Shown here: positions 63,086 to 64,000 of the stretch, piece by piece | Position numbering within the stretch: position 1 is the first letter of the stretch | How the letters are laid out: every line of letters begins with the position of its first letter | Source: Sphyrna mokarran | Lineage: Eukaryota | Reading direction: 5' to 3' | NCBI GenBank assembly: GCA_024679065.1 | Contig: JAGIQG010000004.1 | Location: forward strand, 130,634,001-130,698,000 | Length of the DNA stretch: 64,000 nucleotides | The notes under the pieces: generated by a model | Databases searched by the model: none | The model's input: the letters and a program-made list of their open reading frames with translations, nothing else | Told to the model about the DNA's origin: nothing | Translations under genes and position numbers: made by a program

Positions 63086-64000
63086 TTAGAAGGACTGGTC
63101 AGGCATAGCAGACCATTGGCATTTGAGAACTGTTGAAAGTGAAGAAGGATGGAGGTGATGTAGATACAGATGTTAAGAGGCTAGATTAAGAGAGGAAAAA
63201 GTATTTGCATAGCATATTCTACAGGGCCAACAAGTTGAAACAAAAGGTCTGGTAGATCAGCCCTGCCTGTTGATGTTGAAAAGAAGATAGAAGCATGACA
63301 CGCAGGGTTTCAGACCATGGAAGGCAGACTGCTGAAAGAGATGGAGTCACATATAGTTTAGAAAGAAATGCTTGATATTCAATTGCTGGGTCATTGCTCA
63401 GCTGGGGAGTTGTGAAGAGGTCTCAAAGGCAGACAATCATTTGTTTGTGAATAGAATAGCCAGCCAGCAGGTTTTAAGGGCAAAGTTAAAGTTGACCTTG
63501 GGAGAACGAAGTTTTGCAGCTTCCTTGATAAGATTTCAGTCTGTCCAATTCAGATCTATTCAATGTTGCTACTCTGTTCACACTTTTATCCCCCTTGAAT
63601 GGTTGTCAAAATGTTAATGTTTTTGTAACAGCAGATTCATAAATTGGGGTTTGCTGTAAATGCTCCTTTAAGATTTTCTTTTTCTTCCAGTGTGCAGTCC
63701 CTTTAAACTATTATATAACGAGGACCTCATAGTACCACTGAGGCTGCAGCATGATACATGATACTAAGTCATATTTATAAGCAAAGCAATGTTCCACTAA
63801 GCTATCAGTAACTTTTCAAAATGTGCATTCATTCTTTCCTAAAGGTTCCCTAAGGAAACAATTAAACTTGCAACTCGTGTCACATATCATCATGGAAAAC
63901 ATGCAGTTTCTTGAAAAACTCAAAGCTAAAAATGAGCTAGTCCAAAAGAAAATAGAACAGAGTTTTGAATAACAATTAGCATCTCAAAAAATACCTTTTC

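Noticed and set aside
1-64000. CRISPR array, prokaryotic operon or U12-type introns
   Set aside because: No regularly spaced repeats; the DNA is vertebrate intron-exon sequence; all mapped introns are GT-AG without the U12 donor consensus.

Overview
Eukaryotic, AT-rich, CpG-depleted vertebrate genomic DNA. The repeat content (CR1 LINEs with TTCTATG-type tails, HE1-like V-SINEs, a Deu-domain SINE) indicates a cartilaginous fish, most likely a shark. The whole window lies inside one minus-strand gene, the chromatin remodeller ATRX. I mapped 14 consecutive GT-AG exons with compatible phases, equivalent to human exons 15-28 (numbering and human exon sizes recalled from memory, not looked up). They encode the SNF2 ATPase N-lobe (Walker A MGLGKT, DEGH box) and the start of the helicase C-lobe. 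The introns are packed with nested CR1, RTE, L2/Rex-type and Penelope-like elements, SINEs, and a fragmented Gmr1-type Gypsy element. The most unusual feature is a ~470-bp composite retroposon present twice with the same 5' end (29256-29735 and 48011-48477, both sense to ATRX). It has a branch point/polypyrimidine/CAG motif at its 5' end, a highly base-paired ~160-nt leader, a decayed tRNA head, a V-SINE core and a CR1 tail. Also notable: several local templated duplications and inversions, tandem NAGNAG acceptors, a candidate poison exon, and non-repeat sequence fused to a CR1. Repeat boundaries are approximate and were assigned by eye.
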